In this document: in pieces, positions 37,235-46,892 of the stretch
How the letters are laid out: each line of letters begins with the position of its first letter
How positions within the stretch are numbered: position 1 is the stretch's first letter
Source: Eubacteriales bacterium
Lineage (GTDB): Bacteria > Bacillota > Clostridia > Oscillospirales > CAG-272
Direction of reading: 5' to 3'
Assembly: GCA_045651165.1 (NCBI GenBank)
Contig: JAZRRX010000039.1
Coordinates: forward strand, 111,448-175,447
DNA: 64,000 nt
Notes under the pieces: model-generated
The model's input: the letters and a program-made list of their open reading frames with translations, nothing else
What the model was told of the DNA's origin: nothing
The model's database searches: none
Program-made: the position numbers and the translations under genes

Positions 37235-38276
37235 TATTGTTAACCTCCACAATATGATTTAGAATTGATTCTCCAATGATTTCGCCTAAACGCACAGGAA
37301 CTGCGTTTCCGATATGTCTTGCAATATCACTAAAAACAAAATTAGTTTCCGGATTAATGAAATTATAATCTGCAGGAAAAGTCTGCAATAATGCTCCTTC
37401 TCTCAAAGACAGAGCTCGATCTTGCTCCGGGTGTCCATATCTGCCCGTGCCATAATTATAAAACTGTGTTGTTATAGTTGGGCCAATCTGTTCCCAAGTC
37501 ATTCTACCATAAACAGAGCAATATGTTTTGCCGCTCTCCTTCTTATGGCATTCGCAGCGTAAATCCTCTGGCCAATCTCGCCAAGATCCTCCTGGCCTAG
37601 AGTGCTGAATTCTTTTTAGATTTAGTGCGTTCAACCCAGCGGCTCTATGCATAGGATCATTTGGATCTGTTTCTCCTGCAGCTATTTGAGGTAGATTTTC
37701 AATAAAATCTCTTACATGAATATCTGCGCTATCGTGCGTAGGTTCAATGATTCTTATCTCACCCAACAACGATCCAACCAAAACGAAACGACGTCGTGTT
37801 TGTGGAATTCCGTAATCAGGACAATAAATAACTTTTGCATCAATTTGATATCCTAAACGTTCTAAAATAGCAAGAAATTCTTGATATACACCTGTTTCTT
37901 TTATTTGAGGTACATTTTCCATCGCAATTACAGATGGATTTGTCTCTTCAATCAATCTTCCAAATTCTAACAACAAATCATACTTGTCGTCCTGTTCATT
38001 TGCATCTCTTAGTTTAAATCTCATCTGTGAGAACGGTTGGCAAGGAGCGCATCCAACTAATATTCTAGTTGCATTTTCGTCATATAGTGCGGCTATTTCC
38101 TCACCTGTAACTTCACGAATATTTTTCAAATGATAATCCACATTATTATTGTGTTCGTAAGTGAATTGGCATGTTGCATCAATGTCAAATCCTGCTATCA
38201 CATTGAGGCCTGCATCAAGTAAACCACGTGTCAATCCTCCAACGCCACAAAATAAATCCACAACTTGTATTGGCAT
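37221..38276 (-). CDS. DNA (cytosine-5)-methyltransferase
   Basis: DLFCGVGG, APCQPFS, ENVPQ, QTRRRF, GNAVPV. Confidence 0.9.
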   Translation of the reverse strand: MPIQVVDLFCGVGGLTRGLLDAGLNVIAGFDIDATCQFTYEHNNNVDYHLKNIREVTGEEIAALYDENATRILVGCAPCQPFSQMRFKLRDANEQDDKYDLLLEFGRLIEETNPSVIAMENVPQIKETGVYQEFLAILERLGYQIDAKVIYCPDYGIPQTRRRFVLVGSLLGEIRIIEPTHDSADIHVRDFIENLPQIAAGETDPNDPMHRAAGLNALNLKRIQHSRPGGSWRDWPEDLRCECHKKESGKTYCSVYGRMTWEQIGPTITTQFYNYGTGRYGHPEQDRALSLREGALLQTFPADYNFINPETNFVFSDIARHIGNAVPVRLGEIIGESILNHIVEVNNNAEN

Positions 38277-38277
38277 C

Positions 38278-38670
38278 TTATTTCCCTCTTAATAATATTA
38301 TTGTTTGATAAAATACAGTTATTGCCTCCGAGGCAAACTCTGCAGTTCCCGCGCCATACTTGTCGATGTTTTTCTTGAATCGCTCATCAGCTACGTACAT
38401 CTTTCCAAGCCCTACGAGAATCTCATCTGTGCAAGTGTAGTAGTTCTCCGTGATATGTGACTGAAGCATGGCAACAAGTGCCTGCGCTTCATCAGAATCG
38501 GCACTCACTCCACTATCCTTGCACACAGCAAACTCGGCAAATATGGCCATCAAATCCTCATTTGCCTCAGCCCACTTCTCTTTTGTGTAATTCTTTGTCT
38601 TTTGCTCGTACTCACGGTAGGGTGAGGTGTTGCCATAGCGCTCACGAGCTTCCGTCTCGTAGTTTTTCAT
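38278..38670 (-). CDS. TipAS antibiotic-recognition domain protein (no MerR HTH)
   Basis: ARERYGNTSPYREY ... GLGKMYVADERFKKNIDKYGAGTAEFASEAI. Start set to the ATG at 38670, since the longer track ORF overlaps the upstream gene. Visibly GC-rich. Confidence 0.75.
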   Translation of the reverse strand: MKNYETEARERYGNTSPYREYEQKTKNYTKEKWAEANEDLMAIFAEFAVCKDSGVSADSDEAQALVAMLQSHITENYYTCTDEILVGLGKMYVADERFKKNIDKYGAGTAEFASEAITVFYQTIILLRGK

Positions 38671-38677
38671 ATCTTTC

Positions 38678-39361
38678 TTATTTAGATCTATCTTTAGTAA
38701 CAAAAACAAACATAACATCAATTACACTTTGAAGATCATCTATAAATATCTCAATATTGTTACGTTTTCTACTACTCATTAATCCGTAAACACTACGTAT
38801 TATCCAAATAATAGCATATATCAAAAACACAATGGCAATCAACCCCAAAACATATCCAATAATATCTTCAATGTTAGTCTGACTTGAAATAAACGTAGTA
38901 ATTATAGCAAGCATTAATGGAATAATCAAAGTTTGCATCCATTTGTCAATTTTATCACTTTGCTGCCTTTTGAGTGCATCTTGCTTTTCCAAATCGTGCG
39001 CTAGGCGTGATTTGATTAATTCTATATCTTCTTGTGTAGTTATAGAGTATTCGGACAACCAATTGTATAAATCGTGAGCCGATGTTCTAAAATCATCATA
39101 ATGTTCGCGACTATACTTAATTTTCCACTTCTCTTGAACCCAATAAAGTATAAAAGCAACAGTTGCTTCTATAAAAGTAAGTATATAAAACCACTCGTTA
39201 ATACCAATAGCAAAAATATTAATAATACTTGCTACAAAGCATAAAACAGCCAATATTAGTAGCACAATAATATACCACGGTATTTTCTTGATAGCATTAG
39301 TAAATGATCCACTATGGTCTTTTTGATATTTCAAATAACTATTTAGCAAATGATACTCCAC
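38678..39361 (-). CDS. Four-TM membrane protein, uncharacterised
   Basis: Two N-terminal and two C-terminal hydrophobic helices flanking a charged helical segment (SRLAHDLEKQDALKRQQSDKIDKW). Confidence 0.55.
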   Translation of the reverse strand: MEYHLLNSYLKYQKDHSGSFTNAIKKIPWYIIVLLILAVLCFVASIINIFAIGINEWFYILTFIEATVAFILYWVQEKWKIKYSREHYDDFRTSAHDLYNWLSEYSITTQEDIELIKSRLAHDLEKQDALKRQQSDKIDKWMQTLIIPLMLAIITTFISSQTNIEDIIGYVLGLIAIVFLIYAIIWIIRSVYGLMSSRKRNNIEIFIDDLQSVIDVMFVFVTKDRSK

Positions 39362-39397
39362 TATGAATCTCCTTTTTGTTATGTTATTAAGAAACCA

Positions 39398-40336
39398 TTA
39401 TACGATAGTTTCCTTTATTTTTTCAGCAATCCTTCTAATTACAGGCACAACAACACTATTCCCACATTGCTTGTATGCACTTGCCATAGGTATCTTAGGG
39501 AAACGATATTCTTTAGGAAAACCTTGTAAGGCCAAGCACTCATATGGCGTAATTTTTCTGATACCGCAATCATCTCTAATTATTGGAACCCTATCAGGAA
39601 AAGTTCCCATATTGGCAGTCAGTGTTGGGCATACGTAATGCGCCTTTCTTGATACGCCCGAATCGTAAATCTTATATAGCGCATCTTTATTGTCAATAAT
39701 TCTTTGCAAATCCTCATAATAAACACTACTATCTGTGTAATAATAGCTCTTATCGTGTTTGGCGTTTCTTACCAATATGTCATTCAACTTGGTTGTTAAC
39801 TTAATCTTTTCAGGAAACTCAAATCTATCACACTGGTCGTTTTCAAGAAATGCCACAATGTAGATGCGTGTACGATGCTGAGGTATATTACTATACTCTA
39901 TCGCATCCATGACTCTATATTTGAACGTATAACCATAAGGAACAAGTGCATTATATATGGTTAAGAATGTCTTTCCATCGTCATGTTCTAATAGATTTGC
40001 AACATTTTCAAGGAAGATGACCGGCGGACGCTTGTCCTTAACAATTCGCGCAATCTCAAAGAACAAGTTTCCGCGCGGATCATCGAATCCTTTTTGCTTG
40101 CCTGCTATAGAGAACGGTTGGCATGGAAAGCCGGCAACAAGCACGTCAAAATCGGGGATATCCTCACTTTTGACACTTCTAATATCGCGTTCAACTAAGT
40201 GCTCTCCGCCGAAATTATGACGATATGTTCTTGCGGCATCACGATCAAATTCGTTTGCCCAAACAATTTCAAATCCTGCTTGCTGGAAGGCTAAATCTAT
40301 TCCCCCAATGCCGCTAAATAGGCTACATACTCTCAT
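39398..40336 (-). CDS. DNA (cytosine-5)-methyltransferase
   Basis: SLFSGIGG, FPCQPFS, ENVANL, QHRTRIY, GNSVVVPV. Confidence 0.9.
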   Translation of the reverse strand: MRVCSLFSGIGGIDLAFQQAGFEIVWANEFDRDAARTYRHNFGGEHLVERDIRSVKSEDIPDFDVLVAGFPCQPFSIAGKQKGFDDPRGNLFFEIARIVKDKRPPVIFLENVANLLEHDDGKTFLTIYNALVPYGYTFKYRVMDAIEYSNIPQHRTRIYIVAFLENDQCDRFEFPEKIKLTTKLNDILVRNAKHDKSYYYTDSSVYYEDLQRIIDNKDALYKIYDSGVSRKAHYVCPTLTANMGTFPDRVPIIRDDCGIRKITPYECLALQGFPKEYRFPKIPMASAYKQCGNSVVVPVIRRIAEKIKETIV

Positions 40337-41604
40337 TTCTCTACAGCTTTTCCTATATCTTCAATAAGTTTCGTAATATCCTCAGTGCAATTTCCTTGCG
40401 ACCAAACAGAAATCAAGTGTTTAGTATCAATTAAAAATGCACATATACGTGTATGAGATAACGCATCGTTTCTCCAATTAGCTTCTGAATATCCGATATA
40501 TTCAAGGTCGGAATCATATCCAAATGGATTATTTGCTCTATTATAAGGCATTACAAATGCATTGTACACATATGTTATATTCTCTTTCTTTTGCAAATTA
40601 CAAATTATATTATCACCATACGTAATTTGCTTTTGAATAGAGGTTGTTGTCGGCAAATCGCTTTCATTACCCGTTGTTCCGAAACGATAAAACTTAGCAT
40701 CAAGAACATATGCTACCTTCTCATCTGTGCTAGAATCGCTAGAAATCGGCTCTAACCTAATGGTGTCAGGTCTCAAAGAAGAAGCATCTTTAGGAGCGTA
40801 TGCGTTTTTCTTCAAGTACCATTTGGCATTAGGATTATACTTAGTTATGTCTGTAACATTACTGAAAACATAATCCACCATACGCTCGTATACATAATGA
40901 TACTTATCCACACCATACACAATCTCTCTCGTTCTATCAGAGTCATCAACGCCTGTAAGAACTCGCAACATGTGATTTAAACGAATCTTTTTTACATCAT
41001 CAAAGGTACGCGTGAGTTCTGTTTTAATAGCTCGGATATACTTTTTCAGTACAGAGTCCACAGTTCTTGCAACAAAGACACTCTTTTCGTTTAATCCGAA
41101 CAACCACCCGATTTTACGAACAGAATCGAACACACACCACTTATGTGCTTCGGTTATAATGTCGTCGCAATCGTTGCGCACTTCAACAATAACGTTATTA
41201 TAAATAATATTACCATTAGAGATGATCGGCTGCGTTTCTAATGTCTTTTTCCAATTTACCTTTCCCTTACCGTTGGTACGGTAGATTTTTTCACTATTTC
41301 GATAGTATCCATTAGAAAGATAATCTCTAATAATCCACAGATATGACCTTATGGCGAACTGATCGTTTTGAGCAACACCATTGTCGTTGTTGAAGCTGAT
41401 ATTAGCTTTACTTTTGGCCAACGAAATTGTTCGGATGATATTTACTACATCATGTCTAAAAGCCTTTTTATCTTCTTGTTTTGCTAAATGATATGATTCA
41501 GGGTAATGAAAATGAATTTCTCCGTTTCTTATGCGAAGACCGACAAAAGAGTTTTGTTCTTCATTGGTAACCGAATGAAGAATTATCTTCTTATCATCAT
41601 TCAT
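40333..41604 (-). CDS. LlaJI-type / McrC-like restriction endonuclease subunit
   Basis: Overlaps the McrB-like gene by 8 nt. AYVLDAKFYRFG ((D/E)xK-type core); size and position match an LlaJI R2 / McrC partner. Start set to the ATG at 41604 behind GAGGG. Confidence 0.65.
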   Translation of the reverse strand: MNDDKKIILHSVTNEEQNSFVGLRIRNGEIHFHYPESYHLAKQEDKKAFRHDVVNIIRTISLAKSKANISFNNDNGVAQNDQFAIRSYLWIIRDYLSNGYYRNSEKIYRTNGKGKVNWKKTLETQPIISNGNIIYNNVIVEVRNDCDDIITEAHKWCVFDSVRKIGWLFGLNEKSVFVARTVDSVLKKYIRAIKTELTRTFDDVKKIRLNHMLRVLTGVDDSDRTREIVYGVDKYHYVYERMVDYVFSNVTDITKYNPNAKWYLKKNAYAPKDASSLRPDTIRLEPISSDSSTDEKVAYVLDAKFYRFGTTGNESDLPTTTSIQKQITYGDNIICNLQKKENITYVYNAFVMPYNRANNPFGYDSDLEYIGYSEANWRNDALSHTRICAFLIDTKHLISVWSQGNCTEDITKLIEDIGKAVEK

Positions 41605-44203
41605 TGTTTCCCTCTTCTTCTGCACTTACGGCAGCTCTAGCCTCAAATATACCTGTTTTGAAAACGCCTACTCCACCTGTTTTATATGCGTCAATAAGGT
41701 TTTCTAAAGTGTCATACGGATTGAAGAAGATACCGTGATCAAGCTTAGCTACATCGCTCCACAGGTAGTCAAATACCTTATATGCAAACTTTTCAGCGTC
41801 ATTACTTGCCAAAAGATTTTCTTTTACAAAGAACGCTCCAATCTGCTTATCCTCATTGACCTGAAGATCTTCCAAATGCCTTGCAATACATTTATTGATA
41901 CTTGTAACAAACTCTTCCCAAGTGTACTGTATCATTCCCGGAACAGGCATAGCTTTAAATTTGCAATTTTTAAAGGAATTCTTAATCTTTTCCTTATCCC
42001 AACGACGAACAAATGCGGTATCTAACGTATAGACATTTTGGTCACTTGTGTTCATAGTTGCAAAGATATCCATATTACCAGGAATTTTAATTTCGCTGAA
42101 AGTATAACGCTTCTTTTCCCCATCAACTATAAACTCATAAGCATTGAGATAATCTATCATGCTGACATTGACAATCCCATATTCACTGATGCTGTTTTCA
42201 TCTCTATCCAAAAGTTGGAATATGTCTCCGAAAATGGCAGGAGCATTTCCTCTGTTGATTTCTTCAATAACAAGAGCAACCTTTTTACTAGGATTACTGA
42301 TTGCCTGAATCAATGCAAGAGTGAACGGACCGGGGTTGAATATGTACTCAACAGTATCTTTCTCTCCGTTTCTTCCTTTAACCACCTTAGGAAGAATCTG
42401 ACCAACAAAATCAGTATTAGAATAATCCTGATAGAAAGTGGTTCGAATTACTCTTTCATTACTATATGGGTCAACGTATTCCTTGGTAACTTTATCCTTA
42501 CCTAAAATATCGTGCTCAATGTGATACGATTTTCCACAACCAGGTGTACCAAAGAATATCTTGTTGATTCCTGATCCAACGGTAGTCTTATAGTCAAAAT
42601 CAGTTGCCGGAATTACCTGTTCGGGCTCATGGAAATGAATACCATACTCATTATCTCTTACAGACTTATAGATGCTAATTCCCTTATTAACTTCTACATG
42701 ATAAGAATTTTGTAATCTAGAAGCTTTAACTATTTGAGTTGCGGTATATCCTTTACTAATGATTATCGCGGCATACTTGAAGCCAAACATATGAATAGCA
42801 GTTGTCTTGTTATCTGCAGCATCATACATATCAGAAAGGATTTCTGCCAACTCTTCAACGGTATAATCTTTTCCGATATCATCCGCCTCAAGTTCTATAT
42901 CTTCTTCAATTAACAAAGATTCATCTTTGACGTATGTGCCATTCAATAAATCGTTAACTGCCGATTTATAATCGTTGAGTCTGAAAACAGACATAGCAGC
43001 ACCCAAAGAGTTTTGGAAGACTTCCGACAAATCGCTCTTGCGAATATCCTTTTTAAGCCACTCAACATCTCTAACGTTAACGTAATCCGGATCTTGGTTT
43101 GCGTTTTGTGCATTATCAAAGTAATAATCTGAAGCTATGCGACCAATATGACAAGTGTCACCATTAGAGAATACAACGTAGTCGCCAATTTGCATTTCCT
43201 TAACAAAACGCCAAATCTGACCCAAATCCTGAGCCTTTTTTCTTACTTTTTCGTTAGGATAGGCAGATTCATATCTTGAATCAAGATCTTCCCTCGTGGT
43301 AATGTCGGATATGTCCCCTATCTTAGACCAACCAATACAGATGTGAGGCTTAGTATCAGATAAAGCATCATTCTGAAGTTTGATATGCATACCGTAAAGA
43401 TCATGAACAAAAACATCATCGCACAACGAATTATTGGAATCACCAGTCGAATTTTCAATATCCATATAATTCTCATATGAAGATCTATTAGTCACATAAT
43501 TTTGATTAGGATCTGGTGACCAAAAACGAGTGTATGTCAATATATCAAACAATACCGCTTTATTATCTGTGGTCAGATTATCATGCTCTATGTATAGCTC
43601 TTGACGTTCATTTTCAGATATACATCCCGAATACAAAAGGAGCTTTACCATTTCACGAATTTGACGGTCTTCATGTTTCCAAATTCTTTTATCAGGATCT
43701 ATCTCTACTGTTGTAGGTAGGGTTCCTGTTTTTCTGTATTCTATAATCTGCTGTGCCAACTCTACGATATTAGGAGTTTTACTTTTTGCAACTACACTGT
43801 TATAGAAAAAGAAATGCAGTATTTCATCACGTGTCAAATGAGCAGCACCCGGGTATAACATATGCATGTTGTAAAGAACTTGTAAAACTAATCTCATGGG
43901 TGCAATGGTAATACCATCATTAAATGCATCCAACATAGACTCTTGGGTGCGTGGATTGGGAAATTGGAATTTTTTAATAAAATTCAACACAACTTTTCTT
44001 ACATTCCCATTCTGACACTCCTTGGCACAATTGCTTGTTGATGTTAGATTGAAATAGAAGCCAAGCGTCTTCATATTGTTATTTTCACTTTTATCTTCAC
44101 TGGCAGATGGAACTGTATCTGTAACAAAGCATGTGCCAGCTTTTGTTAAGGCAGACTGCAAGCTAGATATTCTCAAATCATTCGTAAATAAATAGTGATA
44201 CAT
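41597..44203 (-). CDS. McrB-like AAA+ GTPase restriction subunit with long N-terminal extension
   Basis: FFGTPGCGKSY (Walker A), LVIEEINRGNAPAIFGDIFQLLDR, ATMNTSDQNVYTLDTAFVRRW; about 520 aa precede the NTPase core. Confidence 0.85.
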   Translation of the reverse strand: MYHYLFTNDLRISSLQSALTKAGTCFVTDTVPSASEDKSENNNMKTLGFYFNLTSTSNCAKECQNGNVRKVVLNFIKKFQFPNPRTQESMLDAFNDGITIAPMRLVLQVLYNMHMLYPGAAHLTRDEILHFFFYNSVVAKSKTPNIVELAQQIIEYRKTGTLPTTVEIDPDKRIWKHEDRQIREMVKLLLYSGCISENERQELYIEHDNLTTDNKAVLFDILTYTRFWSPDPNQNYVTNRSSYENYMDIENSTGDSNNSLCDDVFVHDLYGMHIKLQNDALSDTKPHICIGWSKIGDISDITTREDLDSRYESAYPNEKVRKKAQDLGQIWRFVKEMQIGDYVVFSNGDTCHIGRIASDYYFDNAQNANQDPDYVNVRDVEWLKKDIRKSDLSEVFQNSLGAAMSVFRLNDYKSAVNDLLNGTYVKDESLLIEEDIELEADDIGKDYTVEELAEILSDMYDAADNKTTAIHMFGFKYAAIIISKGYTATQIVKASRLQNSYHVEVNKGISIYKSVRDNEYGIHFHEPEQVIPATDFDYKTTVGSGINKIFFGTPGCGKSYHIEHDILGKDKVTKEYVDPYSNERVIRTTFYQDYSNTDFVGQILPKVVKGRNGEKDTVEYIFNPGPFTLALIQAISNPSKKVALVIEEINRGNAPAIFGDIFQLLDRDENSISEYGIVNVSMIDYLNAYEFIVDGEKKRYTFSEIKIPGNMDIFATMNTSDQNVYTLDTAFVRRWDKEKIKNSFKNCKFKAMPVPGMIQYTWEEFVTSINKCIARHLEDLQVNEDKQIGAFFVKENLLASNDAEKFAYKVFDYLWSDVAKLDHGIFFNPYDTLENLIDAYKTGGVGVFKTGIFEARAAVSAEEEGNNE

Positions 44204-44204
44204 A

Positions 44205-45419
44205 TTATAACTCTCCTATCAACTCAAAAATTGCATTGGCGATTGCTTTTGCCAACATTGGAGGAACTGCATTTCCAATCATCTGATATGCTCCTCCTCT
44301 GCTAGCAACAAATTCAAAATCGTCTGGGAAGGATTGTAATCGTGCGGCCTCTCGCACAGTTATTGTACGTTGCTGCTTTGGATCATAATGAATAAAGCGA
44401 TTACCATCTTTATATAAATGTGCGATTATTGTTGTGCTAGGTTCATCCGGGGCAAGAACATGATATCTATGAATAGGCGACTTAGAACCAATTTTCTGTT
44501 CATAAAGCTCACTAATTTTTTTGCTATCATATTCGAATTTGCCAGAAGAAACATCTTCAGCCAATAACCTAAATGTATCCATATCACGCAAGTTGCTATA
44601 ACGGGGAGTATGCCATGAAACATTTGATATGGGAGTAGAGTGAGAGACTCTCTTGCTATGATGTTCCAAATCAAAATATGGTTCACATGGTGGTAAATCA
44701 CCGATAGCCTCTTGTACTGTAACCTTTTTTTGACCTTTATATTTCGGCAACAACTCAGTATAAAATTTATTCAGCAACGATTGAATATCTGTGTTCAAAT
44801 CCTTTCTGACACCAACAATTACTACTCGATTGCGGTTTTGTGGTACATTATAATCACTCGCATTTACCACAGCTCGATGCAAATCATCTATAATCTCATA
44901 GCCAATTCCATCAAATCCGCTCTTGATAAGATCTGTTATTGGAGTTCCATTAGGAGTTGCGCTTAAGATCCCCGGTACGTTTTCGAAAACAAACAGTAAG
45001 GGGCGATAACGATTTACCACGCTTAAATAATGTTCAAATAAGTAATTGCGATAATCGTTTTTCATGCCATTTTCGTCTCTAACTCGTCCAGCAATCGAAT
45101 ACGCCTGGCATGGTGGTCCTCCAATGATAATATCAATACCACCCACCGCATTAACATAATGATCTAATCCTTTATTAGAGCCATACTCACAGTCATTCCA
45201 GCCGCCAAATAACTCTGCTTCACGCTGTATGTCAAAACGCATTACACTTTCATTAGCATGGGAAATATTCCAATGTGTCAGTAATCTGTGTCTCAATGTA
45301 TCTATTTGAGGTCCTAACCACTCAACTGCCGCAACCTCGCTATAATGACCAGTTTGCAAAAAACCCTCTGTCAAACCGCCACATCCAGCGAAAAGGTCTA
45401 TCATTTTAATCTTTGACAT
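44205..45419 (-). CDS. DNA (cytosine-5)-methyltransferase
   Basis: DLFAGCGG, GPPCQAYS, FENVPG, QNRNRVV, GNAVPPML. Confidence 0.9.
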   Translation of the reverse strand: MSKIKMIDLFAGCGGLTEGFLQTGHYSEVAAVEWLGPQIDTLRHRLLTHWNISHANESVMRFDIQREAELFGGWNDCEYGSNKGLDHYVNAVGGIDIIIGGPPCQAYSIAGRVRDENGMKNDYRNYLFEHYLSVVNRYRPLLFVFENVPGILSATPNGTPITDLIKSGFDGIGYEIIDDLHRAVVNASDYNVPQNRNRVVIVGVRKDLNTDIQSLLNKFYTELLPKYKGQKKVTVQEAIGDLPPCEPYFDLEHHSKRVSHSTPISNVSWHTPRYSNLRDMDTFRLLAEDVSSGKFEYDSKKISELYEQKIGSKSPIHRYHVLAPDEPSTTIIAHLYKDGNRFIHYDPKQQRTITVREAARLQSFPDDFEFVASRGGAYQMIGNAVPPMLAKAIANAIFELIGEL

Positions 45420-45420
45420 T

Positions 45421-46491
45421 TTATTCTTTCTCCAGATAAGGAATTAATTGTTGTGCAACTACATAACCCAACATAGGAGGTACCGCATTGCCAACTTGAC
45501 AATATTGCTCAGCCTTGCTACCATAAAATATAAAATCGTCAGGGAAACTTTGCAATCTAGCACTCTCTCGAACCGTAGGAATTCTATTCCATTTGTAATG
45601 AAAATGAGAACGATGACCAGTGTTTATTGTAAGAGACGGCTTTTTACTATGATATCTAGTTAGTGCTTCGTGATACTTAAATCTTGCACTCAATTCAGGA
45701 GGTAACGCTTTGTAATTTTTGCCTTCCGGAATAAGCTTGAGTAACGCAACAGTCTTTTCCTCATGAATGCTTCCAATATGATTATATATTTTTTTGGAAT
45801 TACATCTCATTTTCTCTTGGTATGAACTTAACGGAGGACATTCATAGTCTTGAACTTCTTCTCCATATATTCCCTCTAGTGCCGGTAAATCTCCAATGGC
45901 TTGCTCGCATGTTATATATTCTTCAGGTGCAAAGCGAGGACTAGGAAATTCAAAATTGATTTTCGAATCTAACAATCCGACAAAAAATACTCGTTTACGA
46001 ATTTGTGGAACGCCATAATCGGGGGCATATAAAATCTTGGCATTCATTCGATAACCCAGAGCTGAGAAATCTTCTATAATTCGTTTGGCACCAATACCAT
46101 CGTTAGTTTGAATCATTCCAGGAACATTTTCCAAAACCACGGCTTTAGGTTGAAGAATTTGTGCCAATTTTACCATCGCTAAATAAAGCGAATTACGTTT
46201 ATCGTTCATATCACGTGGTCCTGCGATAGAAAAACCTTGACAGGGGGGGCCACCCACAAGAACATCAAGATCAATATTTCTCTCGCGTAAGTAATCCACA
46301 ATTACATTGATATTATCATGATTAAATAAATCTAATTTCATCGCTTCGGCCGAACCGTGATTTGCTTTAAATGTACGCAAAGCTGCATCATCAAAATCAA
46401 CGCCTAAAACCACATCATATCCGGCATCCAAAAAGCCTCGCGACAAACCGCCCGCGCCAGAAAACAAATCTACAACTTTTAATTTGCTCAT
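45421..46491 (-). CDS. DNA (cytosine-5)-methyltransferase
   Basis: DLFSGAGG, GPPCQGFS, LENVPG, QIRKRVF, GNAVPPML. Confidence 0.9.
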   Translation of the reverse strand: MSKLKVVDLFSGAGGLSRGFLDAGYDVVLGVDFDDAALRTFKANHGSAEAMKLDLFNHDNINVIVDYLRERNIDLDVLVGGPPCQGFSIAGPRDMNDKRNSLYLAMVKLAQILQPKAVVLENVPGMIQTNDGIGAKRIIEDFSALGYRMNAKILYAPDYGVPQIRKRVFFVGLLDSKINFEFPSPRFAPEEYITCEQAIGDLPALEGIYGEEVQDYECPPLSSYQEKMRCNSKKIYNHIGSIHEEKTVALLKLIPEGKNYKALPPELSARFKYHEALTRYHSKKPSLTINTGHRSHFHYKWNRIPTVRESARLQSFPDDFIFYGSKAEQYCQVGNAVPPMLGYVVAQQLIPYLEKE

Positions 46492-46502
46492 ATCAATCCA
46501 CC

Positions 46503-46718
46503 TCAGCCTTCTTTGGAAGGAATTATATCCATGATCTCATCCACTGTACAGCCCAATGCAGTACATATCTTCACCAATACATCACTGGATACAGTAGCCC
46601 CATCTTTTTTCATCTTCGCAAGCGTAGTAGGACTAATTCCTGCCTGTGCAGCAAGGTCTTTATTCTTAATCTCGCGATCAATCATTAATTTGAATAGTTT
46701 CTTATAGCTAGCAGCCAT
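46503..46718 (-). CDS. XRE-family HTH protein (candidate R-M controller)
   Basis: 71 aa; KNKDLAAQAGISPTTLAKMKKDG HTH; first gene of the methyltransferase/restriction block. Confidence 0.75.
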   Translation of the reverse strand: MAASYKKLFKLMIDREIKNKDLAAQAGISPTTLAKMKKDGATVSSDVLVKICTALGCTVDEIMDIIPSKEG

Positions 46719-46749
46719 GTTTTCACCTCAAATAATTTAAATAATAAAA

Positions 46750-46771
46750 ATATACTATAGTAAAAGTATAT
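46750..46771. promoter_or_regulatory. Candidate controller-protein operator
   Basis: ATATACT-N8-AGTATAT inverted repeat containing the ACTATAGT palindrome; 32-53 nt upstream of the HTH gene start. Confidence 0.35.
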
Positions 46772-46892
46772 CACAACTTGCGTCATAAATCAACATTATT
46801 TGAAAAATAATTCGCGATGTTGAAATATTTTTCACTATAGCCATATGTATTTCATAACGGCAAATCGACTACTTGAAGCTGTAAGTTCAGGC

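Noticed and set aside
38671-38721. N-terminal extension MMLCLFLLLKIDLNKKD of the TipAS ORF read as a signal peptide
   Set aside because: The extension overlaps the end of the upstream membrane-protein gene and lacks an RBS. The ATG at 38670 gives a normal TipAS-domain start.
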